Below, piece after piece: positions 1-11,340 of a DNA stretch of 64,000 nt. A model generated the notes under the pieces. That model did not search any database, was not told where the DNA came from, and saw nothing but the letters and a program-made list of their open reading frames with translations. This DNA is from the human T2T-CHM13v2.0 reference genome, Homo sapiens. Positions within the stretch are counted from its first letter, which is position 1. The number at the start of each line of letters is the position of its first letter. Position numbers and translations under genes: made by a program. Where the stretch lies: assembly GCF_009914755.1 (NCBI RefSeq), contig NC_060929.1. One strand, given 5' to 3'.

Positions 1-35
1 ACCCCTGCTATAAAGGCACCAAAAGCTGCTTGCAG
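1..35 (+). pseudogene. Candidate exon (5' truncated by window edge) of an upstream unannotated gene/pseudogene
   Basis: Strong donor CAG|GTAAGG at 35/36. The phase-2 frame TPAIKAPKAAC(S) is open and joins in frame to the acceptor at 5837. Only 35 nt are visible. Confidence 0.35.
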
Positions 36-430
36 GTAAGGAAGAGCATCAACCACACAGAAAGGCCTGAGGGGCTGCCTTTGAACTCTCTCTATGTATG
101 GGTAAGGGCAAAGGCTAGCACATATTGTGGAATGAAGAAAGCAAGTTGCAGTGAGAGTTTCCTTTATGTAAAATTAGTTCTATCCATCCATGTCTACAGA
201 TGCACATGGACACAGGGGCAGGCCTGGAGCCACATTCACCAAGCCAGAAGGGATACGTGTAGTCAGTGCACCTTCCCAGAGTGCAGATATTCTCTGTCAC
301 CTGCATGTTCTTGCCATATCTGATTATGACCTGTAATACAGATATTTAAACAGACTCATATTTTTATTTTAAAAAAATCTACTCACTCTTGTCCCAAGCA
401 AAAGTATCTGAAAAATCATGGCTTAGATGT

Positions 431-796
431 TGTATTAGTCTATTTTCACACTGCTGTGAAGATACTACCTGAGACTGGGTAATTTATAAACAAAAGAGGT
501 TTAATTGACTCACAGTTCCATATGGCTGGGGAGGCCTCAGGAAACTTACAGTCATGGCGGAAGGTGAAGGGAATTAGGTGCCTTCTTCACATGGTGGCAG
601 GAGAGAGAGAGCGTGCAGGGAAAGCTGCTATTTTTAAAACCATCAGATCTCGTAAGAACTCCCTCACTATCACAAGAACAGCACGGGGGAAACCATCCCC
701 ATCATCCAATTACCTCCCACCAGGTTCCTCCCTCAACATGTGGGGATTACAATTGGAGATTAGATTTGGGTGGGGACACAGAACCAAACCATATCA
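431..796 (-). mobile_element. MaLR solo LTR, MST family (MSTA/MSTB-like)
   Basis: Starts TGTATTAGTC, ends CCAAACCATATCA, with typical MST/THE1 internal motifs (GAGACTGGGTAATTTATAAA, GGGGAGGCCTCAGGAAACTTACA). Perfect 5-bp TSD GATGT at 426-430 and 797-801. Confidence 0.9.
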
Positions 797-924
797 GATG
801 TGGTAACTATATTTTTTCTAACATATATTACATAAAATATATTACATTAATTTGCTACTAAAATAAAAACAGTTAACCTGTGTGTCATCTAAAATCGTTT
901 TTCATATAGTGCTTTTGTACAACT

Positions 925-1165
925 GGCAAAGTGATTAAACACTTCGCTTCAGAATCCAACTACCAAAATTTGAATTCCAGCCCTGCCATTTGCTACTGTC
1001 TATTACTCAATAAATTCTTACCCTCTCTAAACCTCATTTTCTTATCTTTACATAGGGATGATCATTGGTAACTACCTGATAAGATTATTCATAAGAAATA
1101 AAATAATCAATGAAGAATGACTAGTGTAGTTTCTGGCACAGAGTAACCACTCAAATAAATGAGAC
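925..1165 (+). mobile_element. MIR SINE
   Basis: Degenerate MIR core (AACCTCATTTTCTTATCTTTACATAGGGATGA) and 3' end (CTGGCACAGAGTAACCACTCAAATAAATG). Confidence 0.65.
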
Positions 1166-1621
1166 TGTTAAAAGTTGGTTATTAGGGACTTCTGCTTATA
1201 GTCATGGTGAGGTAACTGGTACTAGATTTGCCCTCCCACTATAAACAACAAGAAAACTGAATAAAATAAGAAACCACTATTTAAAGATGATGGAAAACAG
1301 AAAACACAGGACAATGATCCAAAGAGAAAGAGAACAAATGAGGTGAGCCCTAAAATTACCTCAGCTTTCAACCTGAAGGCATTCTTTAGAATGTAACATT
1401 GTATTTGACAATTTCACTGTACACAATTAGATCTCAATAAAACCAGCTAAAAAAGAGAGACATAAAAACCCCAAAATATTTAGAGATAAATTTAACATAT
1501 ATGAAACTGCAGAGGACCTAGAATATATTTTTGTTTATATTGTAAAAATATAAAAATGTATTTTAGAAAGAGCAAAGTTGGCAGACTATCCTAGCTATCA
1601 AGGAATATAGCAAATTTATAG

Positions 1622-1846
1622 CAGCAGTGCTCAATGGGGCCAATTTCCCCCCCAGGGAACATCTGGCAAAGTTGGGAGACATTCTTTATTGTCATTACTC
1701 TGGAGGGAGGAGAGCAGTATGATATTGGCATCTAGTAGGTAGAGGCCAGAGATGCTGCTAAACATCCAACAGTGCACAGGACAATGGCCCGAAACAAAGA
1801 ATTATCTGGCTTAAAGTATCAATAGTGCCAAGGCTGAGAAACTGTG
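1622..1846 (+). mobile_element. MER20 (hAT-Charlie DNA transposon) nested in L1
   Basis: Diagnostic segments TGGCATCTAGTAGGTAGAGGCCAGAGATGCTGCTAAACATCC and AAAGAATTATCTGGC...AATAGTGCCAAGGCTGAGAAAC. Confidence 0.85.
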
Positions 1847-2572
1847 ATCCACAATAAGGCAGTGAGTAGAGATCAATGGAACAGAATAGACAATCCAGGT
1901 ATGAATCCACATGTATATTACTGATTTTTGACAAATATGCCAATGTATATCAATGAGGGAAAGAAAAGTCTTTTCAGCCAGTGAGGCACAATAGCTATCC
2001 AAATGGAAAATATAGATAAATCTTGCTCCCAAACTCAAATAGCATCAATGAACTCAAATGGAATCACAGGCCTAAATATAAAAGCTGAGGCTATAGAACT
2101 TGAAAAATAAGGTAGGAAGAAATGTTCACAATCTTATGGTAGGCAAAGATTTCTTAGATAGCATACAAAAAACACAAAAAATAATAGATTCCATCAAAAT
2201 TTAAAATTTCCATTTCCTAGAAAGACTTTGTTAATAAAATAAAAAGTCAAGGCACAACCTGGGAGAAAACATTCACAATACCTATTTCTGACAAAGAACT
2301 TGTATCCAGCATACACAAAAAGCTCTTACAACTCAACAGTAAGACAAACAATCTTACAAGAAGTGGGCAAAATGAAGGTCATAGCATGATAGCCTAAGCT
2401 CACTATGGCCCATTTTCCCACTTACTATACCAAAAACTCTATACAAAACGCAAAAACTAGCTACCCGAGAACTCTAAAAAGTAAACAAAAACATTGTGGA
2501 GGAGAGGCAAGATTACTTGGACTTAAGACAGTGATCCATGCAGGGGATAGTTTCCCAGGTTTGTTCTCTCTG

Positions 2573-2576
<4 letters not shown>

Positions 2577-2634
<58 letters not shown>
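2577..2634. repeat. (CT)n microsatellite
   Basis: Uninterrupted CT dinucleotide run. Confidence 0.95.
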
Positions 2635-2638
<4 letters not shown>

Positions 2639-5600
2639 TGTTTCTGTTTCTTTCTCTCTCAGCTTTGCCCAGAAGGCACATTCTAATTACACAACAGCAA
2701 TGCAGTGGTGGCAAAAGGATGGCTACTCTAGAAGAAATCCAGTATTTCTGGTCAAATGAACCAGGACAGAGACCCTGGAAGGAAACAAAGCATGAGGACA
2801 TCCAGGAGGGAAGGTAGCCAGAAAAGCAGTCCTCTAATTCTGTGAATAAATGCCTACTAGTCTCAGCCTAACTCCTGAGTTATGCATGAGTGGGATAGAT
2901 CTAAACCAGAATAGAAAAGCCTTCAGAAAGAACCCAACTAAGATTTAAACCATGTGCACACATCTTTTTATCCTAATTGCTAAATAATGCATCCAAAAAA
3001 CAGACCCAAATGAATACAGCAAATGCTTAGAGAACTGAAATTTGCACCACTGTAGACGAAAGACAAGACAGAACTTGCAGCTCAAACCTAACTAAATTGA
3101 TTTCCTGATAAAGCTAAAACATCAGCTCTCTACAGAGGATTATGTACCTGACCCAAAGTCTACACAAAATGATATTCAAAATGTCTAGGACAATCTAAAA
3201 TTACCCAGCATACAAATGACCAGAAAAATGTGAACAATTCTCAAGGGAAAAGACAACTAATGTCAACCCCAAGGTGGGCCATGTGTTGGAATTATCATCA
3301 AAGACTTCAAAATGCTATTACAACTACGTTCTGTGAGGTTAAGAAAAACACATTTGGCACGAATAAAAAGAAGTTCTCAATAGAGAAATAGCAACTATAA
3401 AAAAAAACCAAATGAAAATGTTAGAACTGAAAAATACGAAATGTGAAAAAAAATTTTCACTGAATGATTTCAGTAGCAGAATGGTGATGTCAAGAGGAAA
3501 GAGTCTGTGAGCTTAAAGATAGATCCATATGATTTACACAATCTGAAGGACACAGAGAAAAGGTTAAGAAACAAATGAGCAGAGCCTCAGGGATCCATGG
3601 AAAAACATTAAAAAAAAAAATCTAACATACATGACATTGGAGTCCCAGAAGGCGAGAAGAAATAGGCTAAAAAAAAAAATTTGACAAAATAAAGATCTAA
3701 AGCTTCCTAAATGTGGTGAAAAATGTAAATCAATGTACTTAAGAGGCTCTGTAAACCCCAGAAAGGATAAGGTCAATGAAAACCATGCCTAGACACATTA
3801 TAAAGTGCTAAAAACCTTATCTGTTACCACTTACAAAGCTTAAAGAAAAACATCTTCAAAACAGCTAGAGAAGAATGGCACACTACATACAGTAGAATAA
3901 CAACAGGGATATATCCATGCAGTGGAATAGTGCTCAACAAAACAGGAACAAACTATTGATTCGTGCAACAGCATAGATTAATCTCAATAGCATTATGCTA
4001 AGAGAAATCATACAAAAGCATACACTTTAGATTCCATTTATATAAAATTCTAGAAAATGTAAAATAATCTGGAGTGACAGCAGATCAATGGTTGTCTGTG
4101 GATGGGAATGGAGGGAAAATGGATTATAAAACTGAATGAGAAAATTTTGGGGGTTGATATAAATATTTGTTATCCTGACCATGGTGATAGTTTCTGAGGT
4201 GTGTACATATGTGAAAATTGATCAAATTGTACACTTTATGTAGCTAATTGTACTTTAATTATAACAATAAAGTTATTAAAATGGGAAAAGATGTAAACCC
4301 TTAAATGAAAATATACAAATTGGCAGTATGCACATAAAAGAAATGCTCAACATCATTAGTCATCAAGAAAATGCAAATTAAAACCAGCGTGGTATCTATA
4401 CACCCACGAGAATGGCAGAAGTTAAAAAGTGGTGGTAAGAATGTGAAGAAACTGGAACTTTTACACATTACTGTTGGGAATGTAAAATGAATGGATCATT
4501 TTATATTCCATAAAATGGAAACAGTTTGGCAGTTTCTTATTTAGTTAAACATACACTTACCATGTGATCAAACTACTCAAATCCTAGCTATTTACTAAGA
4601 GAATGAAAACTATACCCACTCAAAGACTTGTACGTAACCATTTCTAGCAGCACTATTCACAATGGAAACAACTAGACTGTATACACAGAAGGCTAGATAA
4701 GCAAATTGTGTTACGCCACATAACAGTATACTACTCCTCAATAAAAAGGAGCAAACTGTACCACAAAAAGGATGAATCTTAAAAACATAGTGCTGAATAT
4801 TAGATGCTCACTAGGCACAAAAGAACATGCACTGTGTGATTCCGTGTATTCTAGAATAGGTAAAATGAATCTATAGTATCAAAAAGCACATCAGTGGTTG
4901 CTTGGAGTTGGGAAGCAAGAGAGCAGATTACCTGAAAAGAGGCATTTCTATATATTAATTCAGAGGTTGTTATTTGGTGTATAAATTCATGAACAGCACA
5001 CTTTACGGTGTATATAAATTAGACCTCAATGAAGTTGAATTTTTAAGAGGTGATGACATAACATGAATTAAATTTATATAAAACTAAAGAGATCAAAATA
5101 ATATGGTATTGGTACAAAGAGAGACAAAGAGATGGATAAAAAAAATCATAAAAATGGACAAGTTTGCAATAGCTAAGAATTTAGAATGTGTCTATTTTGG
5201 TATTTCAAATCAGGTTAGGGACAAATAATTTATTCTTAAGTGACGTTGAGTCGAGTGACTATTCAAAATATAAAATAAGAGGCTTATCTATTACCATTTA
5301 CAACAACTAAATTTGACATAGATTAAAGAGTTAAGTCTATACAAAAGAAAATGGCCCAGCAGTAGATGGGGACCAGGGTCTGAGGGCACAGAGTAGAGAG
5401 ATGTGGTAGCCATGCCTGAGCCTGGAGAACCCGGCTGGGTCACTCCTGACTTGGACACCAGCCCTGGGGAAGTGTGAGGTCCTGGAGATGTCTCAGCCTC
5501 GTGACCATCAATGGCATTCCAAGGCTTTCTTGCCTCAAGCCCTAAGGCTAGAAACTAACTAGAGCCCCCTTTTCAGGCTGGTTCACCTTCCTGTCCCGGC

Positions 5601-5836
5601 ACTGAGGCTCAACTCTCCAATCTGCAAAATGGCATGACAGTGGTGCACTTTCTTACTTGAAGATTTGTGGAGAGGACTACATGACACACCACATGGGAAC
5701 TTCCCTGGGCAGTAGTTAACACTTAGGAGCACCAGGCCTGGGAGAGGAGCTGGGGACGGTGGCTCTGTGGGACAAAGCAGATGTCCTACATCATCAGCCC
5801 TCCCATGACTGCTCCACTTGTCTTGTGTCCTGCCAG

Positions 5837-6063
5837 CAAGTGACTGGAGAGGAGCCACAGAGGAGAGGCAGCTGAAAGCGAGTGACAAGGGCAGAGACTG
5901 GTGTCTCAGCCCCACCCTGAGCGGACTGAGGCACCCCAGAGAGCAGCGGCCCATGCAGCTCACTCCAGTTCCCTGGACTTGGGGGAACAGATCCTTGGGG
6001 CCCTTCCTGACCATCTACTGGAGGTGCTGAGTCACTCTCACAGTCTCTGGGCAGAAGTCCCAG
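5837..6063 (+). pseudogene. Candidate exon of upstream gene/pseudogene (phase 2 in, phase 1 out)
   Basis: Acceptor TTGTCTTGTGTCCTGCCAG|, donor CCAG|GTGAGC. The frame reads K*LERSHRGEAAESE*QGQRLVSQPHPERTEAPQRAAAHAAHSSSLDLGEQILGALPDHLLEVLSHSHSLWAEVP. Both stops are TGA (5841, 5883). Confidence 0.55.
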
Positions 6064-6368
6064 GTGAGCTCACTGGCTCCCAGTCATGAAGAACTGATCA
6101 GATTCCAGAAGATGTTTGCATTCTCTTTGTTTCCCCTGAGTCTCCTGGGGAGATGTGGATTAAGCTGAATTAAGAGACAGGTGATGATCACAGGTGTTGG
6201 GTGCTTGGGTGGAGTCTCCATGGTAACAGAGCCATCTGGCTTTCTTGCCTGGCACCAGACCTTATGACTTCATGATGGAATCTTCTCTCAGCAGGCAGAG
6301 GGGGATTTGCCAGGGTAAAGAGGAGGCTGGGAGGAAGAGGCCTGCCGAGGGAGGCTTTGTCTTTTCAG

Positions 6369-6460
6369 CCAGAGTTTGACAATTAGGCTTCATCATGTCA
6401 CGATGCGGTGCTACTGCTGACCCCAAAACACAACGCCGGAAGTGGTGCTCACTAGAGACT
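6369..6460 (+). pseudogene. Candidate exon of upstream gene/pseudogene (phase 1 in, phase 0 out)
   Basis: Acceptor CTTTGTCTTTTCAG|, donor ACT|GTGAGT. Reads ARV*QLGFIMSRCGATADPKTQRRKWCSLET, with TGA at 6377 and an ATG at 6395 (A at -3). Confidence 0.6.
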
Positions 6461-6807
6461 GTGAGTGGCATTGTGCACCTGCCATCTTGCTGAGGCCTCC
6501 CAGGGGAGCTCAGAGGACACCTGGCCTCCTTCAATCCAGGACTCACTGTTGAAGTGGAGCCGGGGCCCTCGCAGGAAAGAATGAGCTGTGGGAGGGCCAC
6601 TGGTCCACCACAGGGAGTCTGTGCTGTCCAGTGCCCACTGGATGGCAGGAAGGGTAGGGCCTTAGGTAAGCCCCCCCAACAGAGTGAACCTTGGCCATGG
6701 CAATGGGCCTCTCTCCCCAAGCTGCTCACAGGGTGGTGCTGGGTGAGCCCTCAAGCCTGTGCCAAATCCCTTTATCCCCACAAATGAGCCATCCAGCAAA
6801 CCCACAT

Positions 6808-7260
6808 GAGTTAGTGTCCTAGGGCTGCCAGAACAAATTAACACAAACTTAGTAGCTTAAAACAACACACATTTATTCTTTCACAGTTCTGAAGGCCAAA
6901 ATTTCAAACTCAAGGTGTCGGCAGAGTTGTTTTCTTCTTGGGGGCTCAGCAGGGAATCTGTTCCTTCATGCCTCCCTCCTAGCTTCCTGTGATGATGCAA
7001 TTCTTGATGTGCCTTGGTTTGTGGCAGCATCATTCCAATAGCTTCCTCCATCATCACATGACATTCTCCCTGTGTGTCTGTGTCCAAATTTCCCTCATCT
7101 TATAGGGACAAGCCATTGGATTTAGGGCCCACCCTGACCCGGTGTGACCTCATCTTAACTTGATTGCATCTGCAAAGATCCCATTTCCAAATAAGGTCAT
7201 ATCCACAAGTGCCAGGGCTTAAGACTTGAACATGTCCTATGGGGGACACACAACAACATA
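6808..7260 (-). mobile_element. MLT1 (MLT1B/C-like) MaLR LTR
   Basis: GGGCTGCCAGAACAAATTAACACAAACTTAGTAGCTTAAAACAAC... and CCATTGGATTTAGGGCCCACCCT...TCTGCAAAGATCCCATTTCCAAATAAGGTCA are typical of MLT1. Confidence 0.8.
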
Positions 7261-8916
7261 TAATTCACAGCGAACAGAGCACAGGCTTCAGAGTGGGTCA
7301 GACCTGGGTGCTGCCATTTAGCCTGTCCCTTCTGCTTGGCACAGTGAGGTTGGAAAGGCAAGTCTATCCTGGTGGGCTTCCTAAGGATTACCTGAGAGAG
7401 AGGACCACAGAGCTCTGCAGAGTGTCTGGGAGTGGTAGAAACTCAGCAAAGATGGCCCTGAGCTGGGTCTCTGGGACTTGGAGGAGGGGACCTGGTTCCT
7501 GCTCACCAGAAGCTGGCAGTCTATGGGCCAGTAGGCACTTACCAAGGAGTCTGGCTTAGGACAGGGACCTCAGTGGTCAGGCTGCCTGCAGGGAGTTGGG
7601 GGAGAGCATGGACCACAGGAGCATGTGTCAGGGGCGGGGACTCAAGGCCCAGGGGCTAGGGTGGGAGTCGGGAAGGCCAGGGTGGGATTCACGAAGGCTG
7701 GGGGCTAAGCCACCATAAGTTCTTCCATGGGTCAGGAGTCCACAAGTGGAACAGCCTGGGGGCTTGCTCAGGATCAAAGGGGCCCCCTGCCATGTTCCTG
7801 ATGGGCTCTGGGTCTGGCATAGTCAACGTGGGAATGAGCTGGCTTTTCACTACCTGGCACTCTGGGCCACGTGTCCCCTCTGGGCCTGGGAAGTAATTCC
7901 TCATTCCGCTTCTCCACCCTCTCCCCAAGACGTGACTTCTCCCTCCTATCACCATGGAGTCTGATAAAGACTTCGTTCCTGGCCAAGGTGTTCTCTTTTT
8001 GTCTGCCTCTTTCCTTCCCTCCCACCCTTCTTTCCTTTCTTCCAATACTTGGTGTCTACCATATGCCAGGGTTTTTCTAGGCCTTCGGGACACAGAAGTG
8101 ATCTAGACAGATGGGCCTTGCCTTGGTGGAATTTGTAACTAACAGGATGAGAGATATTAATCAAGAAACCACACAGTCAAATATTTCACAGCAGAGGAAC
8201 GGGTGCTCTGAATGAGGGGTATGAGGGTGGTGGCAGTCATGAAGAAGGTGATGCCACTAAGCCAGGGACATTAGGGAAGTGACCTTAACCAAGCGCTGAG
8301 GAAGTCACCACCTAGGAGAAAGGAGAAGGAAGAGACTCTGGGCAGAAGCATTAGCCCATGCAGAGCCCCTGTGGCAGGAGGATGCTTGGCAAGTGAGATG
8401 GATCAAGAGAAGGCCTGTGTGGCTGGACTGGACAGAGTGAAGGGAATATGAGTTGGACTGAGAGCCAGCAGACTAGTTGAAAAAGTGTCAGTTGAGTTCC
8501 TATTGTGAACGAGAGGCACCAGACAGATAAGACAGATAAGACCACCCCACACATGAAGCAGGCAGACCACACAGCCCAGGAAGAGCATGCCAGTGATGAA
8601 ATGATCTGGAGTCACCCTGCAGGGAGGCTGGGGCTGGGAAGGCTCTTCTGAGCTGAGAGTCCAGGAGCAGATCTTGGCACAGGCTCTAAGGGAAGGACAA
8701 GTTTGGTGTGACTTAGGAATGGCAAGAAGCCCTGAGTGCTTGAGCAATCTAGCCATGGTTGAGGCCCATTGCTGGCTTTTCACAGAGGAGAACCACAGTC
8801 AGGTTTGGGCTTTGTAAGACCCCTCTGGACTCCAATGTAGGCAGGGACTGGGGACAGAGCTGGTGTGGTTAGGAATTCAGGGTGCAGTAACAGATGGAAC
8901 ATCCTTCTTTTCTCAG

Positions 8917-9330
8917 ATGTGTCAGAACTGTGACGCTGAATCCGGAGCCCCAACCTCTCCTAGCCTCCTAGAGGAGGATGACCCAGGACCCTTGTCCTCC
9001 CAACAGCAGGCCACCAGTTCAAGGGACAAGAAGCCCCTAAGCTCCCTCCACCTTTCACATAGGGCCCAGGTGGCCTTGGAGTACCTGCCTTTCTTCTGCA
9101 CCTATGGGTGCCTCCTGGAAGAGGAGGGGTTGGTCCTGCAGCCCAAGACACCACTCCAGGAGGACTCAGAACTGCTCAGTGGGTTCTTCCCTTACTACTG
9201 CTCTGAGGAGGAGAGTTTGCCCAGCCTGGCCCTTCCTGGCTGGTCACACAGGGGCTCCCAAGATCTGCCCACTGAGAAGGAGGCACGGGCTGGCTGCTTC
9301 TGCAGGACAACAGTCAGGGACGAATGCTCT
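8917..9330 (+). pseudogene. Candidate 414-bp coding-type exon of upstream gene/pseudogene (phase 0/0, fully open)
   Basis: Acceptor CCTTCTTTTCTCAG|ATG, donor TCT|GTGAGT. 138 open codons (MCQNCDAESG...RTTVRDECS), exactly filling the splice-site-bounded interval. Contains motifs YLPFFCTYGCLLEEEGL and GFFPYYCSEEESL. Confidence 0.7.
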
Positions 9331-9689
9331 GTGAGTTGAGGAGGCCATAGAGGGTGGGGGGAGCAGCACTAGGCCCCCGCATCCTTCAAACCTCTCTGTC
9401 CTGGGGCCCAGACTCTAACAGGCCCCTGGACAGGCCCCTCTCAGGGCTGCTGCGGCCCTTGGAGCAAGGTGTCACTGGTTGGGAGCACAGACACTGCAGG
9501 AAGACTGTCCTGTTCAAGCCCAGCTTGACCACCTGCTAGGAGAGCGGCCTGGGGAACGTGGTTTCCTTATAAAAGAGAGAACAGCAGCAGCAACAATAAA
9601 GCCATTGTGAGAATTACATACAACCACGTACCTAAAGTGCTCAGCAGGATGGTGAGCTCACAGAAACATTTATTTGGTCCTTATGACTT

Positions 9690-9880
9690 GCTAGGCTCTC
9701 AGACAAATGTTTCATTAGCATCATCTCATTTAATCCTAATAGTAATCCTATAAAACAAGCCGTACTATTATTCCCATTTTATGAATGAGAAAACGAGTCT
9801 CAGAGAAGTTAAGTGACTTGGCCAAGGGCACATAGCTAGCAAGTAGCAAACCTGGGATTTGACCCGAAGCTTGTGGTCTA
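9690..9880 (-). mobile_element. MIR SINE
   Basis: ATTATTCCCATTTTATGAATGAGAAAACGAGTCTCAGAGAAGTTAAGTGACTTGGCCAAGG is the MIR core. Confidence 0.8.
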
Positions 9881-10238
9881 TAACATTCCTAATCACCACC
9901 ATGCAGCTGGGCACTGTGGCCCATGACTGCAGAGACAGAGGAGGCAAGGCCGGTGGGTTTTAATCCCAGACACACCCCTCCCAGCAGGGTGCCCTTGGAT
10001 GGGTGAGTGACATTGCTGAGTGCTTCCTGGGCTGTAGAGCAGACATGGGCCTGTCCTTTTCTGGGACTGCCACTGTGGTGTTGCAGGCACAGGCTGGTCC
10101 CGGGTATCTGGGCCTGAACCTGGGAGGGGGGCTTGCATCGGGCTGACCTTCCTGTTCCTTCATACCCAGGCTGCCTCGGCACACTAGGACCTCATCTCTG
10201 GGTCCCCACACTCACTGGCCTGCTGCCCCGTCCTGCAG

Positions 10239-10509
10239 GTCTCGGCAGAGTTCCCCCGTGACAGTGACCGGGATGCCCCTCTCTCCAGGGACCATGGTCT
10301 TTATGCCTCAGGATTTGTGCATTACTACAGAACCCCTGAGGAGGGGTTACACACTAGCCCTGGGCCTCCTGCCTTTCCATCTGGGAGCCAGGGGCCCTCA
10401 GGGGCTGCCCAGGGCTGGTGCAGTCACACCACGGGGAAGCCGGAGCTGACTGCAACAGAAACCACTGGAGAGCAGGCCCCCAGCACCCACTGACTGTCGA
10501 GGGATGAAG
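10239..10509 (+). pseudogene. Candidate exon of upstream gene/pseudogene (phase 0 in, phase 1 out)
   Basis: Acceptor CTGCCCCGTCCTGCAG|, donor AAG|GTGATT. 84 open codons (VSAEFPRDSDRDAPLSRDHGLYASGFVHYYRTPEEGLHT...QAPSTH), then TGA at 10491 and LSRDE. The GFVHYYRTPEEGL motif echoes the previous exon. Confidence 0.65.
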
Positions 10510-10606
10510 GTGATTGCGGGGAGGCTCCCAGAGGTCAGTCAGTTTGCCCTGGGACCAGAGCTGGCCTGGGACCCTGGCACTCAGGCCTGTATTCTCTCTG
10601 TCTCAG

Positions 10607-11085
10607 TGCCCATGACCATGGATGAGGGGCATCCTACCCCCCTTACCCAGCAGAGCCAGCAGGAAGAACCCAACCCTTGGCAGATTCTCCCAGCCCCTCT
10701 CAGCCCACCAGGCTGCTCCCTGCCAGCATGAGGTGTCCCACTCCGCAGGCCTAGGGTTTGCCTTTCTCCTCAAGCAGCAGAGGGGAGAAACTCAGCCTGT
10801 GCCCCATGTTCAGCCACTCCACCCCCAGGAAGAGACCCATCCCGCCCCACGCTGCCACCTTCCTGTTCTCCTAGCTGGAAAAACTGCCACATGAGAATTG
10901 AACAGCCACACCAAAAGTGGCTTTGGAGAGAAGTATCCATCTTGTCCAGCACTCTGACCTCAGACCATTCCTTTTGTAGCCTGACCCAAGCTCAGACAGA
11001 GGAAGCAGGAGCCACCTGAACAACTGAAGGGTGCAGACACCCAGAAGCTGGTTTTGTAAATAAATCGTGCACCTTGGCGCTGGTG
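10607..11085 (+). pseudogene. Candidate terminal exon of upstream gene/pseudogene
   Basis: Acceptor TATTCTCTCTGTCTCAG| after a 97-bp intron. The phase-1 frame VPMTMDEGHPTPLTQQSQQEEPNPWQILPAPLSPPGCSLPA* is open to 10731. AATAAA at 11059-11064; the 3' end is estimated from it. Confidence 0.55.
11059..11064 (+). terminator. Polyadenylation signal of the candidate upstream gene
   Basis: AATAAA located downstream of the last candidate exon's stop and just before a MIR. Confidence 0.45.
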
Positions 11086-11119
11086 CACTAATTGGATGCT
11101 TTGGAGTAATACTTGCAGC

Positions 11120-11340
11120 TTCCATTTATTAAGCATTTACTTTGTACTAGGCACTTTACAGAGATCATCTCCATAATCATTGGTTGTAGACACTGGTGTC
11201 ATCTCCATTCTACAGCTGAGTAAACAGGCTAAGAGATGTTACATAGGGTGCCCGAGCTCACACAGCTAGCAGACAGCCGGGAACTGTGGAGCTGGGATTC
11301 ACACCAGCTCTGTCTGACCTCGGGCCAAGTACTTAAGCAC
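11120..11340 (-). mobile_element. MIR SINE
   Basis: CATTTATTAAGCATTTACTTTGTACTAGGCACTTTACA...CTCCATTCTACAGCTGAGTAAACAGGCTAAGAGA. Confidence 0.7.

Larger units (their letters stand above)
1186..5345 (+). mobile_element. Cluster of ancient L1 (L1M/L1MC/L1ME-type) fragments
   Basis: A-rich + strand with recognisable L1 remnants (ORF1-like 3400-3880; ORF2-end/3'UTR motifs such as ATGCTCAACATCATTAGTCATCAAGAAAATGCAAATTAAAACCA at ~4343). No intact ORF. Boundaries and subfamilies are approximate. Confidence 0.75.

Noticed and set aside
2405-2801. ORFs with SLSLSL/RERERE runs
   Set aside because: Translation of the (CT)n microsatellite.
7954-7987. Strong Kozak ACCATGG followed by MESDKDFVPGQ and a possible donor
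   Set aside because: The donor GTGTTC is weak, and its phase (1) hits a stop within five codons if joined to the 8917 exon.
5837-10731. Selenoprotein/UGA-recoding explanation for the all-TGA in-frame stops of the upstream gene
   Set aside because: CGA>TGA decay explains them more simply (Arg fits the context, and parallel TGC-for-CGC changes appear). I saw no convincing SECIS hairpin in 10732-11085.
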